Origin: Octopus sinensis
Lineage: Eukaryota
Length of the DNA stretch: 64,000 nt
Assembly (NCBI RefSeq): GCF_006345805.1
Contig: NC_043014.1
Span: 32,302,001-32,366,000, forward strand
Direction: 5' to 3'
The notes under the pieces: model-generated
Database searches by the model: none
What the model was told of the DNA's origin: nothing
What the model saw: the letters and a program-made list of their open reading frames with translations, nothing else
In this document: in pieces, positions 1 to 12,065 of the stretch
How positions within the stretch are numbered: position 1 is the first letter of the stretch
Layout of the letters: each line of letters begins with the position of its first letter
Program-made: the position numbers and the translations under genes

Positions 1-14
1 TCAATGTTACCATC

Positions 15-107
<93 letters not shown>

Positions 108-109
108 CA

Positions 110-172
<63 letters not shown>
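15..172. repeat. (ATT)n microsatellite
   Basis: Direct, near-perfect trinucleotide run. Confidence 0.98.
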
Positions 173-173
<1 letters not shown>

Positions 174-351
174 ATAATAATGATAATAATAATAACAATA
201 ACAACAACAGCAACAACCATTTTAGTAGCAGTGTGTCTGTTTTATTTTATTTTGTTTGATATCCATTCAACAGTTTGTAGAATCTTTCACAGCATTATGC
301 ACAAATCTTTGCTATAACTTGAAGCAATATGTAACACTCTCCGATAACAAA

Positions 352-530
352 TTCTATTTGACAAATCATATTTCATAAATACCCTTTCGTAAATCTCATT
401 TTATAAATATCATTTGATAAATCCCATTTGATAAATGCCATAGAATAACCTTTTCATGCATTCACTTTAAAATATGTCTTTGATAAATCCTATTTCATAA
501 TTCCCATTTGACAAACATTTCCATAAATTA
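352..530. repeat. Degenerate 14-bp minisatellite (consensus ~CCCATTTGATAAAT)
   Basis: Consecutive 14-mers catatttcataaat/accctttcgtaaat/ctcattttataaat/atcatttgataaat/cccatttgataaat; a few more units at 478-530. Confidence 0.7.
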
Positions 531-759
531 AATTGTAATTTTGTTAAACTTTCAGCTATTTATATACGCTGGCATTTATTAAAATCATTTTCTATTCAGA
601 TCTATTGGATATCGCTGTTAATATAGCTGACTGCAATAATGGTTAGTGTGTGTCTTTTAATGTCCTCTGTGACATGAGCCAATGATGATATCAACTAAGG
701 CAACATTGCTTGAACATTCTATTGTTGCAGTCTTTTCACAGCACTAGGAAAACAAATAC

Positions 760-776
760 CAATAATAATAATGATG

Positions 777-832
<56 letters not shown>

Positions 833-839
833 GATAATG

Positions 840-938
<99 letters not shown>

Positions 939-942
939 AATG

Positions 943-996
<54 letters not shown>
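760..996. repeat. (AAT/GAT)n microsatellite
   Basis: Direct; explains ORFs 710..910 and 771..1046. Confidence 0.98.
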
Positions 997-998
<2 letters not shown>

Positions 999-1507
999 TT
1001 AACTGATTGGAAGTGTTATCATGTACATTGTTTTGTCTTGGTATAAAAGATGGGCTACAGCACCACAGATTTGCTTGTCAGTTGTGTGACCTTAACCAGT
1101 TGACTATGTCCCTTAGTGGCTGATGATATGTGCATCTCTGATCATGAGCAGAAGTAGTGGGGGGCATCATAACCATGTGTTCAGAGGGATTCTTTGGTGT
1201 TTGAATAATTCACCTCTGGAAACATGGGTGGTTCGTTCAACATCCTTAAACAACCCTTATCAGAGACCTTTTGAGTGGGATGGATTACTCGACCAGAAGA
1301 AAATTCTAACTGGGCTCCACCTGCAAGGTCATGTGCTGTTTATCTTGATATGAAGTCACCATGTTGCGTACACATGTGCCTAGTGTACCCTTATCAGACG
1401 GGTAGTCATGATGGCTATACTGGACTTCATATATTTTACCTCAGTGTCACTTTGATGGCATGCACAGCTCTCGCACTCAATGATAATAATAACATTGATA
1501 TTGATAA

Positions 1508-1952
1508 TAAAAATACTTAAACTAATAGATGTAAGTGTTCCCACTGATGAAAATAAATCAGTAAAGACATTTGACAAATTAAGTAAATATAAGGACCTGG
1601 AAATTGAAATACAAAAAACGTGGCATCTTAAAGCAAGAACTGTTCATGTTATTGTGGGTGCCCTCGAAAGGGATGTCAAAAACATCTAGATAATATTCCA
1701 GGGAACCATGTCTCAGAGAAATCCAAAAGATTGTGCTGACAAGTACTACCCACATTCTTATAAAAACCCTGTCCATTTAAATGTCTGTGTTGTATTACGT
1801 GAAGATATTTCGCTACTGCTCCTACCACTTCCCCTTTCCAAGCTTTCAGTCATATTGTAACATTTCTTGTTCTTCACTTGCCCTAGGATGCTTGGTGTTT
1901 CTCGACAAGTGATTATAACAAACATGCAGATTGAAAGTAACTAATAATAATA

Positions 1953-2008
<56 letters not shown>

Positions 2009-2018
2009 AATGATAATA

Positions 2019-2057
<39 letters not shown>
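1508..2057 (+). mobile_element. 3' end of an R4/Dong-like non-LTR retrotransposon (restriction-like endonuclease C-terminus, 3' UTR, GAT/AAT tail)
   Basis: Translation LIDVSVPTDENKSVKTFDKLSKYKDLEIEIQKTWHLKARTVHVIVGAL, then after a frameshift HLDNIPGN..REIQKIVLTSTTHIL. This is the typical RLE C-terminus (IDVxxPxD..K..KYxDL..E..W..PVIVGALG). A simple-repeat tail follows at 1940-2057. Confidence 0.8.
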
Positions 2058-2060
<3 letters not shown>

Positions 2061-2225
2061 AAAATGTGGCATCTCAAGGTGGCTACAGTACCAGTGATTG
2101 TAGGAGCTCTATCAATGATAAAAAAGGTACTGAAACCAGGCTTACCATCCCCACTGGAAGTGCAAAAAATCATGTTAACTGGAACGACTCATGTACTGAG
2201 AAGAGCTTTATTACTGTGAAAACAA
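2058..2225 (+). mobile_element. Second, more 5'-truncated R4/Dong-like 3' fragment
   Basis: KMWHLKVATVPVIVGALSMIKKGT ... QKIMLTGTTHVLRRAL; homologous to 1610-1775. Confidence 0.75.
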
Positions 2226-2404
2226 CATCTATTCATGAATTTATTTATTTGTTAATTTTTTTAAATACATATTTTACCTGTGAATTTGCATGTGTAATCT
2301 TGGAATGCATACAATGAGTTTCTCTGCTCTAGATGTATGGAAAACATTTGGTGAGAAATGGAAGAAATTTTGAAGAAAGAAGAAAAAATAATAATAATAA
2401 TATT

Positions 2405-2590
2405 TTCTACTAGCAGCACAAAGCCTGAAATTTGGTGGAAGGTGACCAGTCAATTACAGTGCTCAAATGTTACATATTTCATTGTCCCTGAAAGGATGAA
2501 AGGCAAAAATCAACCTTTGCAGAATTTGAACTCAGAAAGCAAAAACAGACAATTTATCCAGCATGCTAATGATTTTTGTGAAGCATAGTA
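2405..2590 (-). mobile_element. SINE family B, degenerate
   Basis: gaaaggatgaaaggcaaa..gaatttgaactcagaa, shared with the full copies at 27147 and 28484. Confidence 0.75.
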
Positions 2591-2761
2591 ATGATTTTGC
2601 TAGCTTGCCACCTTAATAAAATCTCATTCATGCAATTGATAAAACTAAGACATAGGGCCTACAAAGATGTGAGGGTAGACAAAACAAAGGTATTTGTTAG
2701 GTAGGGATTAAAGTTATTGTAAGATTTTATGTTGTGTAAAAATATATGCTGTGCTGAATGG

Positions 2762-3064
2762 ATATTGTTTGTTCCTTCTCGAGCCATACCTGGCTCATAG
2801 GGCCGGTTTCCTAGTTTCCTTGGCATATAGGTTCCCCACCTGGACAGGATGCGGGTCCGTCACAGATGAGCTGCAAGATGCAGGAGGAAAGAGCGAGAGA
2901 AAGTTGTGGCGAAAATGTCAGCAGAAGTTCGCCATTACCTTCTGTTGGAGCCACGTGGAGCTTAGCTGTTTCACTCATAAACACACATATCACCCGGTCT
3001 GGGATTTGAAACTACAATCCCTCGACCACGAGTCCACTGCTCTAACCACTAGGCCATGTGGCAT
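2762..3064 (-). mobile_element. tRNA-derived SINE family C, tail type 1
   Basis: Minus-strand head TGGCCTAGTGGTTAGAGC..GTTTCAAATCCC (A/B boxes); colinear with 40740-41043. Confidence 0.9.
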
Positions 3065-3141
3065 TTTGCCATAAAGATAGACAAAATGCCACTAAACATT
3101 TTGTCCAGTATACTAACTATTCTACCAGCTTGTTGCCTCAA

Positions 3142-3495
3142 TAAAAGGGTAAAGAGCAAAGACCCCCTTCAGTCATAAATGACCATAGAATTGCACCTAG
3201 AAAATTCTCCCCCAAGGCACAAATCTGGGTAAGGTTGTTTATGGAAGACCAGCAGTCGCCCATGTATACTGGCCTTCCCTCTCCACGCCACCAGTAATTA
3301 TCCAAGGGAAAGACAAAGACCAATATAGCATGGCACCAGTGATGTTGCAACTCATTTCTACAGCTGAGGGAAATGGAGCAATGTAAAATGAAGTGCCTTG
3401 CTTAAGAACACAACATACAGCCTGGTCCAGGAATTGAACTCACTACCCCATATCTGTGAGCCCAACACTCTATATAATGAAACATGTGCCTTCAG
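3142..3495 (-). mobile_element. tRNA-derived SINE family D (CORE-like centre, tail D)
   Basis: Colinear with 27762-28075 and 54591-54921. Confidence 0.85.
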
Positions 3496-3888
3496 ATTAA
3501 GGGCACATTATAATTTTGATGTAAAATAAACATAAAAACCCTTAATTGGCTCTTAAATGCTACAATTTTAACAGATGATCTTTCTGTTTCGCTCTGCTTG
3601 TGTTATGGTTTGTATTTTATTCACAATGGAAACAACTCTCCTATCACTCTATGGTCTTTCAGGGTCATTAGAACTTGCATATCTATATAGATCTCACCTG
3701 CCTACAGTGCACCACTAAAAAGATGGTGATCTGAGGGTCAATGATGTTGCTATCTTTTACTGCAAACCCTTATATTATAACATACCAAATATGGTGGTAA
3801 GAACTTATGGTCAGGTGTGTAATGCTCCAGTTCACCTTTTTTTTTTTTTCAAATTCCATTCCAAATCTTGTCTTTATATTTGGTTTGC

Positions 3889-4465
3889 AAGATTCTTGAT
3901 ACAAATTTGGGTTTGAAAGAAATCCTGTATCTTGGGTGGGTCATAAGACCAGGAATAATAAAACATGCCCTGGTACAATATCACTTCTTTATTGTTAGTC
4001 AGTTGGTTAATTATTTAACCAACTAACTAATTGAGGATTTTAAGCATGGCTTCATAGTATCTTTCTCAGCTGACAGAGGATATGTTATTTCACAAATTGG
4101 CCAGAACTACCTGTAAATGTTGTTTTGGCATATGAGAAAACCCTCTGGGTCTTGATACAAATTTGTGCTTTGAAATATTCTTGATAAAATTTGTGCTTTG
4201 AAAGATTCTTGATACAAATTTATACTTTGAAGAAATCCTGTATCTTGGGAGGGTCATTATACCGGGAATAATAAAACATACCCTGGTACAATATCACTTC
4301 TTTATTGTTAGTCAGTTGATTAATTATCTAACCAACTAACTAATTGATGATTTGCGCATGACTTCATAGTATCTTTCTTGGCTGACAGAGGATATGTTAT
4401 TCCACAAAATGGTCAGAACTACCTGTAAATGTTCTTTTGGCACATGAGAAAACCCTCTGGGTCTT
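3889..4465. repeat. Tandem duplication, 313-bp period, with 28-bp sub-repeats
   Basis: 3889-4153 repeats at 4202-4465; extra cttgatacaaatttgtgctttgaaa units lie at 4151-4205. Confidence 0.92.
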
Positions 4466-5204
4466 TTAAGATGCAGAGATAAATTTCCTTTTTTCTTACT
4501 GGTCAATGAGAATTTTGAGGAATGAAAGCATTTTCCCAATGGGCACAACTCCACCAGACAAACTTTTCTCATCCAAATAGTTCATATCTAGAACCGATAC
4601 ATTTGGGGTAACCTATGAGGATAATAAAGGAGGGCTTGAAATACTTTGCTTGATTCTCATTTCAAACTTCCCACTCATAACCTCACTTAATAAAACATGT
4701 GTGTAACTGCTACTGTTGTCAATATTTGTGTCATTTACATTGCCCAAAATGTTATTCTCCGTCAGAAAATTATTTTTTTGTTAAATAAATGTATTATGTT
4801 GCTGAATTGAATTTATGATTTTTTTTTATCTCTTCTCTGCTTTTTTCTTCAAAAAATGTTTGTGTACATTAATTTTTTTTTCTGTTTTAAAGTAGGACTG
4901 GCTATTTTTAAACACTTTAGCCAATTCGATTATTTATGAGTAGTAGAAAAAGAAATTTCTTTATTTTACAAATTGATATTTTTCATCAAAAGAAGGAAAA
5001 TTAATGCAAGCAATTAAAATGCCTTCATCTCTGTTTAGAAGCTCCTCCACATTAAAAGATGCTTTTACACACAGTTTCACTGGTAAAAATTTACAATTAT
5101 TGGAAACTTAAATGACACATGTCCAACATTTTAATTGTTTCACTCATTTGCTGCCAAAAGCCCATTCACCCACCAAATTTTTGTAGTTTTGCAAGCTGTA
5201 TAGT

Positions 5205-5423
5205 GGCCTTAGTAGTGTCAGGGGCACCAAAAAAAAAAAAAAAGCACCCAGTACATGCTGTAAAGGGGTTGGCATTAGGAAGGGGATCCAGCCATAAAAG
5301 CTATGCCAAAGCAGACACTGAGGCATGAAGTGGTCCTTGGACTCATCAGATCCTTTCAACCCATCCAGCCCATACCAGCATGGATCACAGACATCTGGTG
5401 ATGATGATGATGATGATGATGAT
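5205..5423 (+). mobile_element. RTE LINE 3' UTR fragment with (GAT)n tail
   Basis: ggcattaggaagggcatccagcc..aacccatgccagcatgg..gatgatgat; the same sequence follows the RTE ORF2 stop at 45320-45778. Confidence 0.8.
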
Positions 5424-5456
5424 ATTTAAAAACATGAAATGCAAACTGAACAAGCA

Positions 5457-5842
5457 TAGGCATAGGAGTGGCTGAGTGGTAAGTAGCTTGTTTACCAACC
5501 ACATGGTTCCGGGTTCAGTCCCACTGCGTGGCACCTTGGGCAAGTGTCTTCTACTATAGCCTCGAGTCGACCAAAGCCTTGTGAGTGGATTTGGAAGATG
5601 GAAACTGAAAGAAGCTCGTCATATATATGTATATATATGTGTGTCTTTGTCTCCTCAACATCTCTTGACAACTGATGCTGGTGTGTTTACATCGCTGTAA
5701 CTTAGCAGTTCGGCAAAAGAGATCAATAGAATAAGTACTAGGCTTACAAAGAATATGTCCTGGGGTTGATTTGCTCGACTGAAGGCGGTGCTCCAGCATG
5801 GCCACAGTCAAATGACTGAAACAAGTAAAAGAGTAAAAGAGT
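5457..5842 (+). mobile_element. tRNA-derived SINE family A, full length
   Basis: Head GGAGTGGCTGAGTGGTAAG..GGTTCAGTCCC, CORE-like ccttgggcaagtgtcttct, internal (TA/TG)n, tail tgactgaaacaagtaaaagagtaaaagag. Confidence 0.93.
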
Positions 5843-5974
5843 AAGCAACCCACACAGAAATGAGAAACTAGCAGCTAGATGAGATCAGGGCATCCTGCAA
5901 CAATGGCATGTCGAAAGGGACCTGAGAGGGCTTTAAAACCAAACTGGAGAAGGAACCATTCACTTGCTAGATGC

Positions 5975-6183
5975 ACATTAATTGATCATAGAGTACTAGT
6001 ATGTCTCTTCACTATTTCTCTATCATTTGAGTGTTCCACAGAAGTTGTTCTATGGTTGGAATATATTTTCCTCGAACTGCCAGACTCTGGAAACCCTCTT
6101 CTACCTGTATCTCATTGTTTTCCTCTTTCTTATGACCTGAGCTCTTTCAAGTCTAAACGAAATTCATTTCGTTCATCTTAGTT
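5975..6183 (+). mobile_element. CR1/Jockey-group LINE ORF2 C-terminal fragment
   Basis: Frameshifted YFPRTARLW(N)PL..CFPLSYDLSSFKSK, preceded by ECSTEV; resembles the FPRTARLWNSLP..FP..YDL..FKSRVN terminus of these LINEs. Confidence 0.65.
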
Positions 6184-6663
6184 TCTCCTTCTTCATAGTT
6201 TCTTACACTAAGTGGCTTTTTGTCATGTTTGGGATTTTAAAAAAGCAGAACCATCCTCAGTCAATATCTTACTATTCATTTCCTCTTCCTTCAAGTCATT
6301 CAGCAATTCTAATAGTTATTTGTATATTTTGTACAAAGAATTGTTAATGAATTCCAGACAACCCTAAAGTTACCTCCCATTGATGTGTAAGCATTTTATA
6401 GACAGTTATTTTTTGGTTTTCAAAGTTATCCCTACAGATTTTCTATAGAAATTATAGCCAGCACCGATTTATAACACTGTTTTATATCTGAATACATCAA
6501 ATGTAAACAAAGCAATAAAAAATGGGAAAATAGGTAATGGGTGTATATGCATAAAGATAACTTTAAAAAGTGATTTAATAGCACCGCTAACACTGGAGGA
6601 CACACTATTGACTTAATGTACCTTATAGTATATTATGGTTGCATAATGAAATATGGTCTCCTG

Positions 6664-7073
6664 CTCTTTTACTCTCTTTTACTTGTTTCAGTCATTTGAC
6701 TGTGGCCATGCTGGAGCACTGCCTTTAGTTGAGCAAATCGACCCCAGGACTTATTCTTTGGAAGCCTAGTACTTATTCCATTGGTCTCTTTTGCCGAACC
6801 GCTAAGTTACGAGGACGTAAACACACCACCATCGGTTGTCAAGCGATGTTGGGGGGACAAACACAGACACACAAAGATATACACGCACGTACACATATAT
6901 ATATATACATATATATGATGGGCTTCTTTCAGTTTCTGTCTACCAAATCCACTCACAAGGCTTTGGTTGGCCCGAGGCTATAGTAGAGGACACTTTCCCA
7001 AGGTGCCATACAGTAGGAATGAACCTGGAACCATGTGGTTGGTAAGCAAGCTACTTACCATACAGCCACTCCT
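6664..7073 (-). mobile_element. SINE family A, full length
   Basis: Reverse complement of 5457-5842. Confidence 0.93.
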
Positions 7074-7419
7074 AAGTTATTGTTCTGTGTCTTGCCTTTG
7101 TGATTCTTCCCAGTAGTATGTCATCTCTGCTTATTTTCCTTCTCCTCTGTTACTTCTTGTTATGGCCAGAGGAAGGATTCTCTCAGCTTCCTGGTTGATT
7201 CTTGGAACTGGGTACAAAGTGATCGCTTTGAGAGCTGCACCTAGTGGTACCCAAGAAACTAAACTTTGTTGCCTTTTGTTACTGTTACTGCTTGTTTTTC
7301 CTTTTAATTTTTCCAGACATTTTCTGCGGCCTGTGTTATTGACGACCACCTTTGAATGACCACTCATAAAGACTGCATGACACAGCTCTAGGATAAGCTT
7401 ATGACCTTGAGAGGCCACA

Positions 7420-8030
7420 ACGGTTTCACTGGTGTTCTGTCACTTTTTCACCACAGACCAATCACTGGTTCACTACAGATCAATCACAGCTCACCACAGA
7501 CAAATCACTGCTTTACCGGTTTCTACTCAATGACAAGCTTTTTCACCACAAACCAATCATTGTTTCCCACAGATCAATCACTACTTTACTAGTGTCTGGT
7601 CACTTGTTCATTACACACTAATCACTTGTTCACCACGAACCAATCATTTATTCATCACAAACAAATCACTGGTTCACTACTTATTTCTTTATTGCCCACA
7701 AGGGGCTAAACATAGAGGAGACAAACAAGGACAGACAAAGGGATTAAGTCGATTACATCGACCCTAGTGCATAATTGGTACTTAATTTATCGACCTCAAA
7801 AGGATGAAAGGTAAAGTCGACCTCGGCAGAATTTGAACTCAGAACATAACGGCAGATGAAATAACGCTAAGCATTTTGCCCGGCGTGCTAACGTTTCTGC
7901 CAGCTCGCTACCTTTATTCACTGGTTCACAACTGACCAATCACATGTTCCCCACTGTCCAATCATTGGTTCATTTATGTTCTCTGCAGTACCACTGGTTC
8001 GTTATAGACCAATCACTGATACACCACGCT
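7420..8030. repeat. Degenerate ~22-bp minisatellite (CACTGGTTCACCACAGACCAAT) interrupted by a SINE B
   Basis: Repeated accaatcactggttcac units on both sides of 7679-7913. Confidence 0.75.
7679..7913 (-). mobile_element. SINE family B, full length
   Basis: Reverse complement of 27147-27384. Confidence 0.93.
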
Positions 8031-8129
8031 GGAACTGAAATTTCTTGAACAGGTAGGCCATAGTTTAAATTCACTCAACTGATTTACCGACATCATTTAT
8101 GGTAGATCCACAAAAACTGCAGCTTTAAG

Positions 8130-8835
8130 AACAACATATGAGAGGAACAGTAACAGCAATAGCAGAAAAGCAGCACCATCACTACCACAACCACCAGCAC
8201 GAAAAACACCACTAACAACAACAACAATAATACCAGTAAAAACAACAATACCATTAACAGCAACAACTCCAACAACAACAGTAACAACAGTATCAACAGC
8301 ATTTACAATGACCACAATAACTACAACATCATCATTTATATTATAAATGATAAATGTAATTTCCTTTAAGATATAATTAATTTCTGTTGAGAGACAATGT
8401 GTTATTGTTGAGAAATGCCATGTTACTTGGTCGGGTTAAACATGTTTCTGATGTTATAGGGAGAGCTGGAATGGAAGATATTTATATTATGATGGCATGG
8501 CTTTTGTGTATGTATGCGTGATTGTATGTACGTGAAACGGTGTGTATGTATGTGAGACTGTGAGCATGTATGTAAGACAGTGACTGTGAAATTGTGTGTG
8601 TATGTGTGTATGTGTGTATGTGTGTGTGTGTGTGTGCTCAAGACTTTGAATCTAACTTTGTCTGTGTGTAGAATAACTCTAAGTATTCATAAATACATTA
8701 CAGAAATGCATAAATATACATATAAACATATACATTGTGTGTGTGTGTGTGTGTGTTTATGCATGTGTGTGTGTGTGTGTGTGTCTGTTTGTGTTTATGC
8801 ATGTGTGTGCGTGTGTGTGTGTGTGTGTGTGTAGA
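8130..8835. repeat. Low-complexity (CAA)-rich tract and (TG)n microsatellites
   Basis: Direct; explains the ORFs between 8093 and 8925. Confidence 0.9.
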
Positions 8836-9167
8836 CAAACATTTGTTGACTCAAGCATTTATTTTCATAGACAGGAAAACACATATCCAATCAATCAGCC
8901 AGTGTTGGGGCTAGGAAGTGTATGAATAAACAGGTAGCTATTTTAGTTAATGAAGCATTGACTGTGGTTAAGATCAGCATTCATAAGGTATTGCAAAGCA
9001 ATTTACAATAATTTAAATGTAAATTTATTTTGTAGCGCTAGACCTGGTACATAATTTTTGGAAAAACTCAAGGGTCTTACAATCGTTCATTCTATGCTTA
9101 TGCATAATTTTCCATGCTTTATATAGGTTTAGAGTTATGTAAAGTAGAAGAAAGGTTTTTTAAAGTA

Positions 9168-9640
9168 GGTGCAGGTATGGCTGTGTGGTTAACAAGCTTG
9201 CTTCCTAACCACTTAGTTTCAGGTTCAGTCCCACTGCATGGCACCTCGGGCAAGGGTCTTCTACTATAGCTGTCAACATACCAGAGTTTAGTTAGTGGAT
9301 TTGGTAACTGGAAATTGAAAGAAGCTTGTCATATATGTATGTGTGTGTGTGTGTGTGTGTGTGAGTGCGTGTACATGTGTGTGTACCTTTGTCTTGACAT
9401 TATGCATTGACTGTAAACAAGCCCCGCTGTTAAACAAGTGGTGTTGTTTGATTCCAGTCTTCCATGGCAAAAAACATGTCTGGCCATGGGGAAATGTTAC
9501 CTTGCTTGGAAACAGGTGGTGGTGGAAGGTTAGCAACAGGAAGGGCATCCCACCATAAAAAAAAAATCCTACTTCAACAAATTCTGGTTGACACCTGCAA
9601 ACATGGAAAAGAAAATAACAAATAATAATAATCATGATGA
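9168..9640 (+). mobile_element. SINE family A head with an alternative, RTE-like tail
   Basis: A-type head and CORE-like centre to ~9335, then a tail containing aggaagggcatcc..acacctgcaaacatggaaaag instead of tail A. Confidence 0.75.
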
Positions 9641-9879
9641 TGGTGTTGTTGTTGTTGTTGTTTTTGGTAGTGGTGGTGGTGGTGGCGGCAGAGGTGGTGG
9701 TGGTGGTGGTGGTGTGGTGGTGATATAGTATTTTGGAGACAAGTTTCAAGTATGTCTCAGTATCGGCTTCCTGTTTAGGATAAGATATAAGGGGGTATCA
9801 CTTGTTAGACTAAAGAGAATGATTATGTTTTATTATTAATAACACCTGTTACTTTTTTTTTTTCTGACAAGATTTTTAA

Positions 9880-10450
9880 GCAGATTAAAGAGATAACTTT
9901 TGGGTTGTAACTGCAGCCCGTTATTAGCTGACTGATATTTATCATCATGCAAGTTTGATTTTCTTAGTAATTTAAGTCAATAAATAAATAAATCAGTTTG
10001 GTTAAGCAGTCAGAGGTTGCTGCAGATACATCGATGATATTTTCGTTGCAAATTACAGGGTTTTTTTTTTTTAACAGTTAATTGGTGTAATTTATCTAAA
10101 TGATCTGATGGCAAGCAGAAATGGTGTTGCTGTGAATGTAGCTAATTATTTAGATACTACAGTGATAAGTAGTAGTAATAATAATAACTAAAGTTTATAA
10201 TAAGACTGATAGCTTTAACTTTCAGGTAGCTACTATGCCATTTGTATCAAGCAGCATTCTAATTAGAATAGGATATAACATGTCTTCCTGTCAGGCTCTT
10301 AGATATAGCAACATTATAAAAGCTGTTGATTTATTTATAGTTAGAATGAAACTTCTGATGGAGTATGGTTACAAAGTGGGATCCATATAAATTATTAATG
10401 AAAACTTTACATGGTTATTTTGGAAAACATTGTGATTTATTAAAAAGATA
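9880..10450 (+). mobile_element. Penelope-like element RT fragment (Naiad-type), decayed
   Basis: agatacatcgatgatattttcgttgcaaattac = RYIDDIFVANY (RT YxDD); downstream (N)YLDTTV, KVYNKTDSFNFQVATMPF and KLLMEYGYK match FLD / TKLYDKRDDFNF.IVNFPF / KLL.QGY. Confidence 0.7.
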
Positions 10451-10984
10451 CATGGTTATTTCTAGCTCTATGATTTAATATTAAACCCATGCATAGTATT
10501 CATTTAGTAATTTTATTAACCATTATTAATTCTCTCTAGAGTATTTATCACTTCGGTGTACATATATGTTGGTAGTGCAAGTCTCTGGAGGTTTTCAGTT
10601 GTTAATGATTATGTGTTTATTTTCCTTTGTGTTTGCTGTCATTTATACTTCATGTAAAGCTATGTTTTGTCTCTTGGAACTGAGCTCTGTAAGAAAATTG
10701 TCTGCTATCATACTTGTCTTGTTGTTTCATACAACGTGTGTTAGCTAGTTGCTGTAATTATCATCTGTGGATTTATTTTGATTATAATTTTAACAGATGT
10801 AATTTTAAATTAACATTAGTGTAATATCTGATTTTCATTTTATTTACTTCCAATTTAATAGCAATTGATACACAGGTCGAATAGCCTCTGGTTTAAAGTT
10901 TTCTTTGTTAATCTTTAATTTTGTTTCAATACCAGTTTAATGTTTGTTTGTTCATTTACCATTATGAGTTTTAGGCATCGATGA

Positions 10985-11220
10985 TTTAGGGTTACATGTG
11001 CTGGTGACACATAAAAGACACCTGTGCTGGTAGCACATAAAAGACACCTAGTACACCATGGGGAGTGGTTGGCATTAGGAAGGGCATCCAGCAGTAGAAA
11101 CCAAGCCAAAATAGACTGAAGTTTGGCGCTGCTCTTTGACTTACCAGCTCCAGTCAAACTGTCTTACCCATGCTCGCATGGAAAACGGATGCTAAATGAT
11201 GATGATGATGACGATGATGT
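10985..11220 (+). mobile_element. RTE 3' UTR fragment with two ~26-bp seed repeats and (GAT)n tail
   Basis: gtgctggtgacacataaaagacacct twice, then ggcattaggaagggcatccagc..acccatgctcgcatgg..gatgat. Confidence 0.82.
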
Positions 11221-11234
11221 ATCTCTTATATTCT

Positions 11235-11592
11235 TTTTCTTTTCTTTTATTTGTTTCAGTCATTTTGACAGAAGGCCATGCTGGAGCGCCACCTTTAGTT
11301 GAGCAAATCAACCCCAGGACTTATTCTTTGTAAGCCTAGTAACACAGACACACAAACATATAGAAACACACACATACATACTACATACACACACACACAC
11401 ATATATATATCTACACACACACACACATATACAACAGGCTTCTTTCAATTTCCGTCTACCAAATCCACTCACAAAGCTTTGGTCGGCCCAAGGCTATAAT
11501 AGAAGACCCTTGCCAAAGGTGCCACACAGTGGGACTAAACCCAGAACCATGTGGTTGGTAAGCAAGCTACTTACCACACAGCCACTCCTGCT
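11235..11592 (-). mobile_element. SINE family A with internal deletion
   Basis: Homologous to 6664-7073. Confidence 0.88.
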
Positions 11593-12019
11593 TACTTTTT
11601 ATATAGTTGTTGGTCTGGAAATGTACAATATGTATTATAAAGTCCCTCTTCTATACATACAAAATGTTTTTTTTGTGTTTGAGGAGGCTGGGGGTTAAGT
11701 CTTTGTATGTTTGGTACAACATTTAAACGATTTTTTGTTTTAATGCTGTGGTCACTATTGAATTGAACGCACATTCATCTGAAAAGAGAAGTTGTTCTCC
11801 AATACTGAAGCACAATAGGGATTAGCATATTCATATTTGAATCTGCCAGAATATATTAAGAATGAATAGGTAAGTCATACTTTTGATTCTTGCAGTTCAT
11901 TGTGCATGGGATGATTTATTATTAGTTGGCATACATCAGCATACATCAGCAAATGATTTGTTTGCTGAAATTACAAACAGGAGTTACAATCTCTTGTTAG
12001 TTTCATTAGTCAATGACAA

Positions 12020-12065
12020 CTTTGGCTGAAGAGACAATGACATCGAAACACTGGGTGTCCCAAAG
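12020..12065 (+). ncRNA. Type I hammerhead ribozyme (core intact, stem II short)
   Basis: ctttgg-CUGAAGA-gacaaugacauc-GAAA-cac(ugg)gug-UC|ccaaag. 6-bp stem I, 3-bp stem III plus A-U, GUC triplet at 12057-12059; distal stem I ttcattag/ttaatgaa. Confidence 0.8.

Noticed and set aside
4065-4425. CUGACAGA..GUC motif in both copies of the 313-bp duplication
   Set aside because: Core spacing is wrong, GAAA is absent and stem I does not pair next to the core.
4336-4620. Tc1/Tc3 transposase relic (DEKKF-like) on the minus strand
   Set aside because: Several frameshifts are needed to see a single motif, and no TIR was found.
7290-7400. Acceptor-like ttttaatttttccag and a putative exon
   Set aside because: All three frames stop within 14 codons and there is no good donor.
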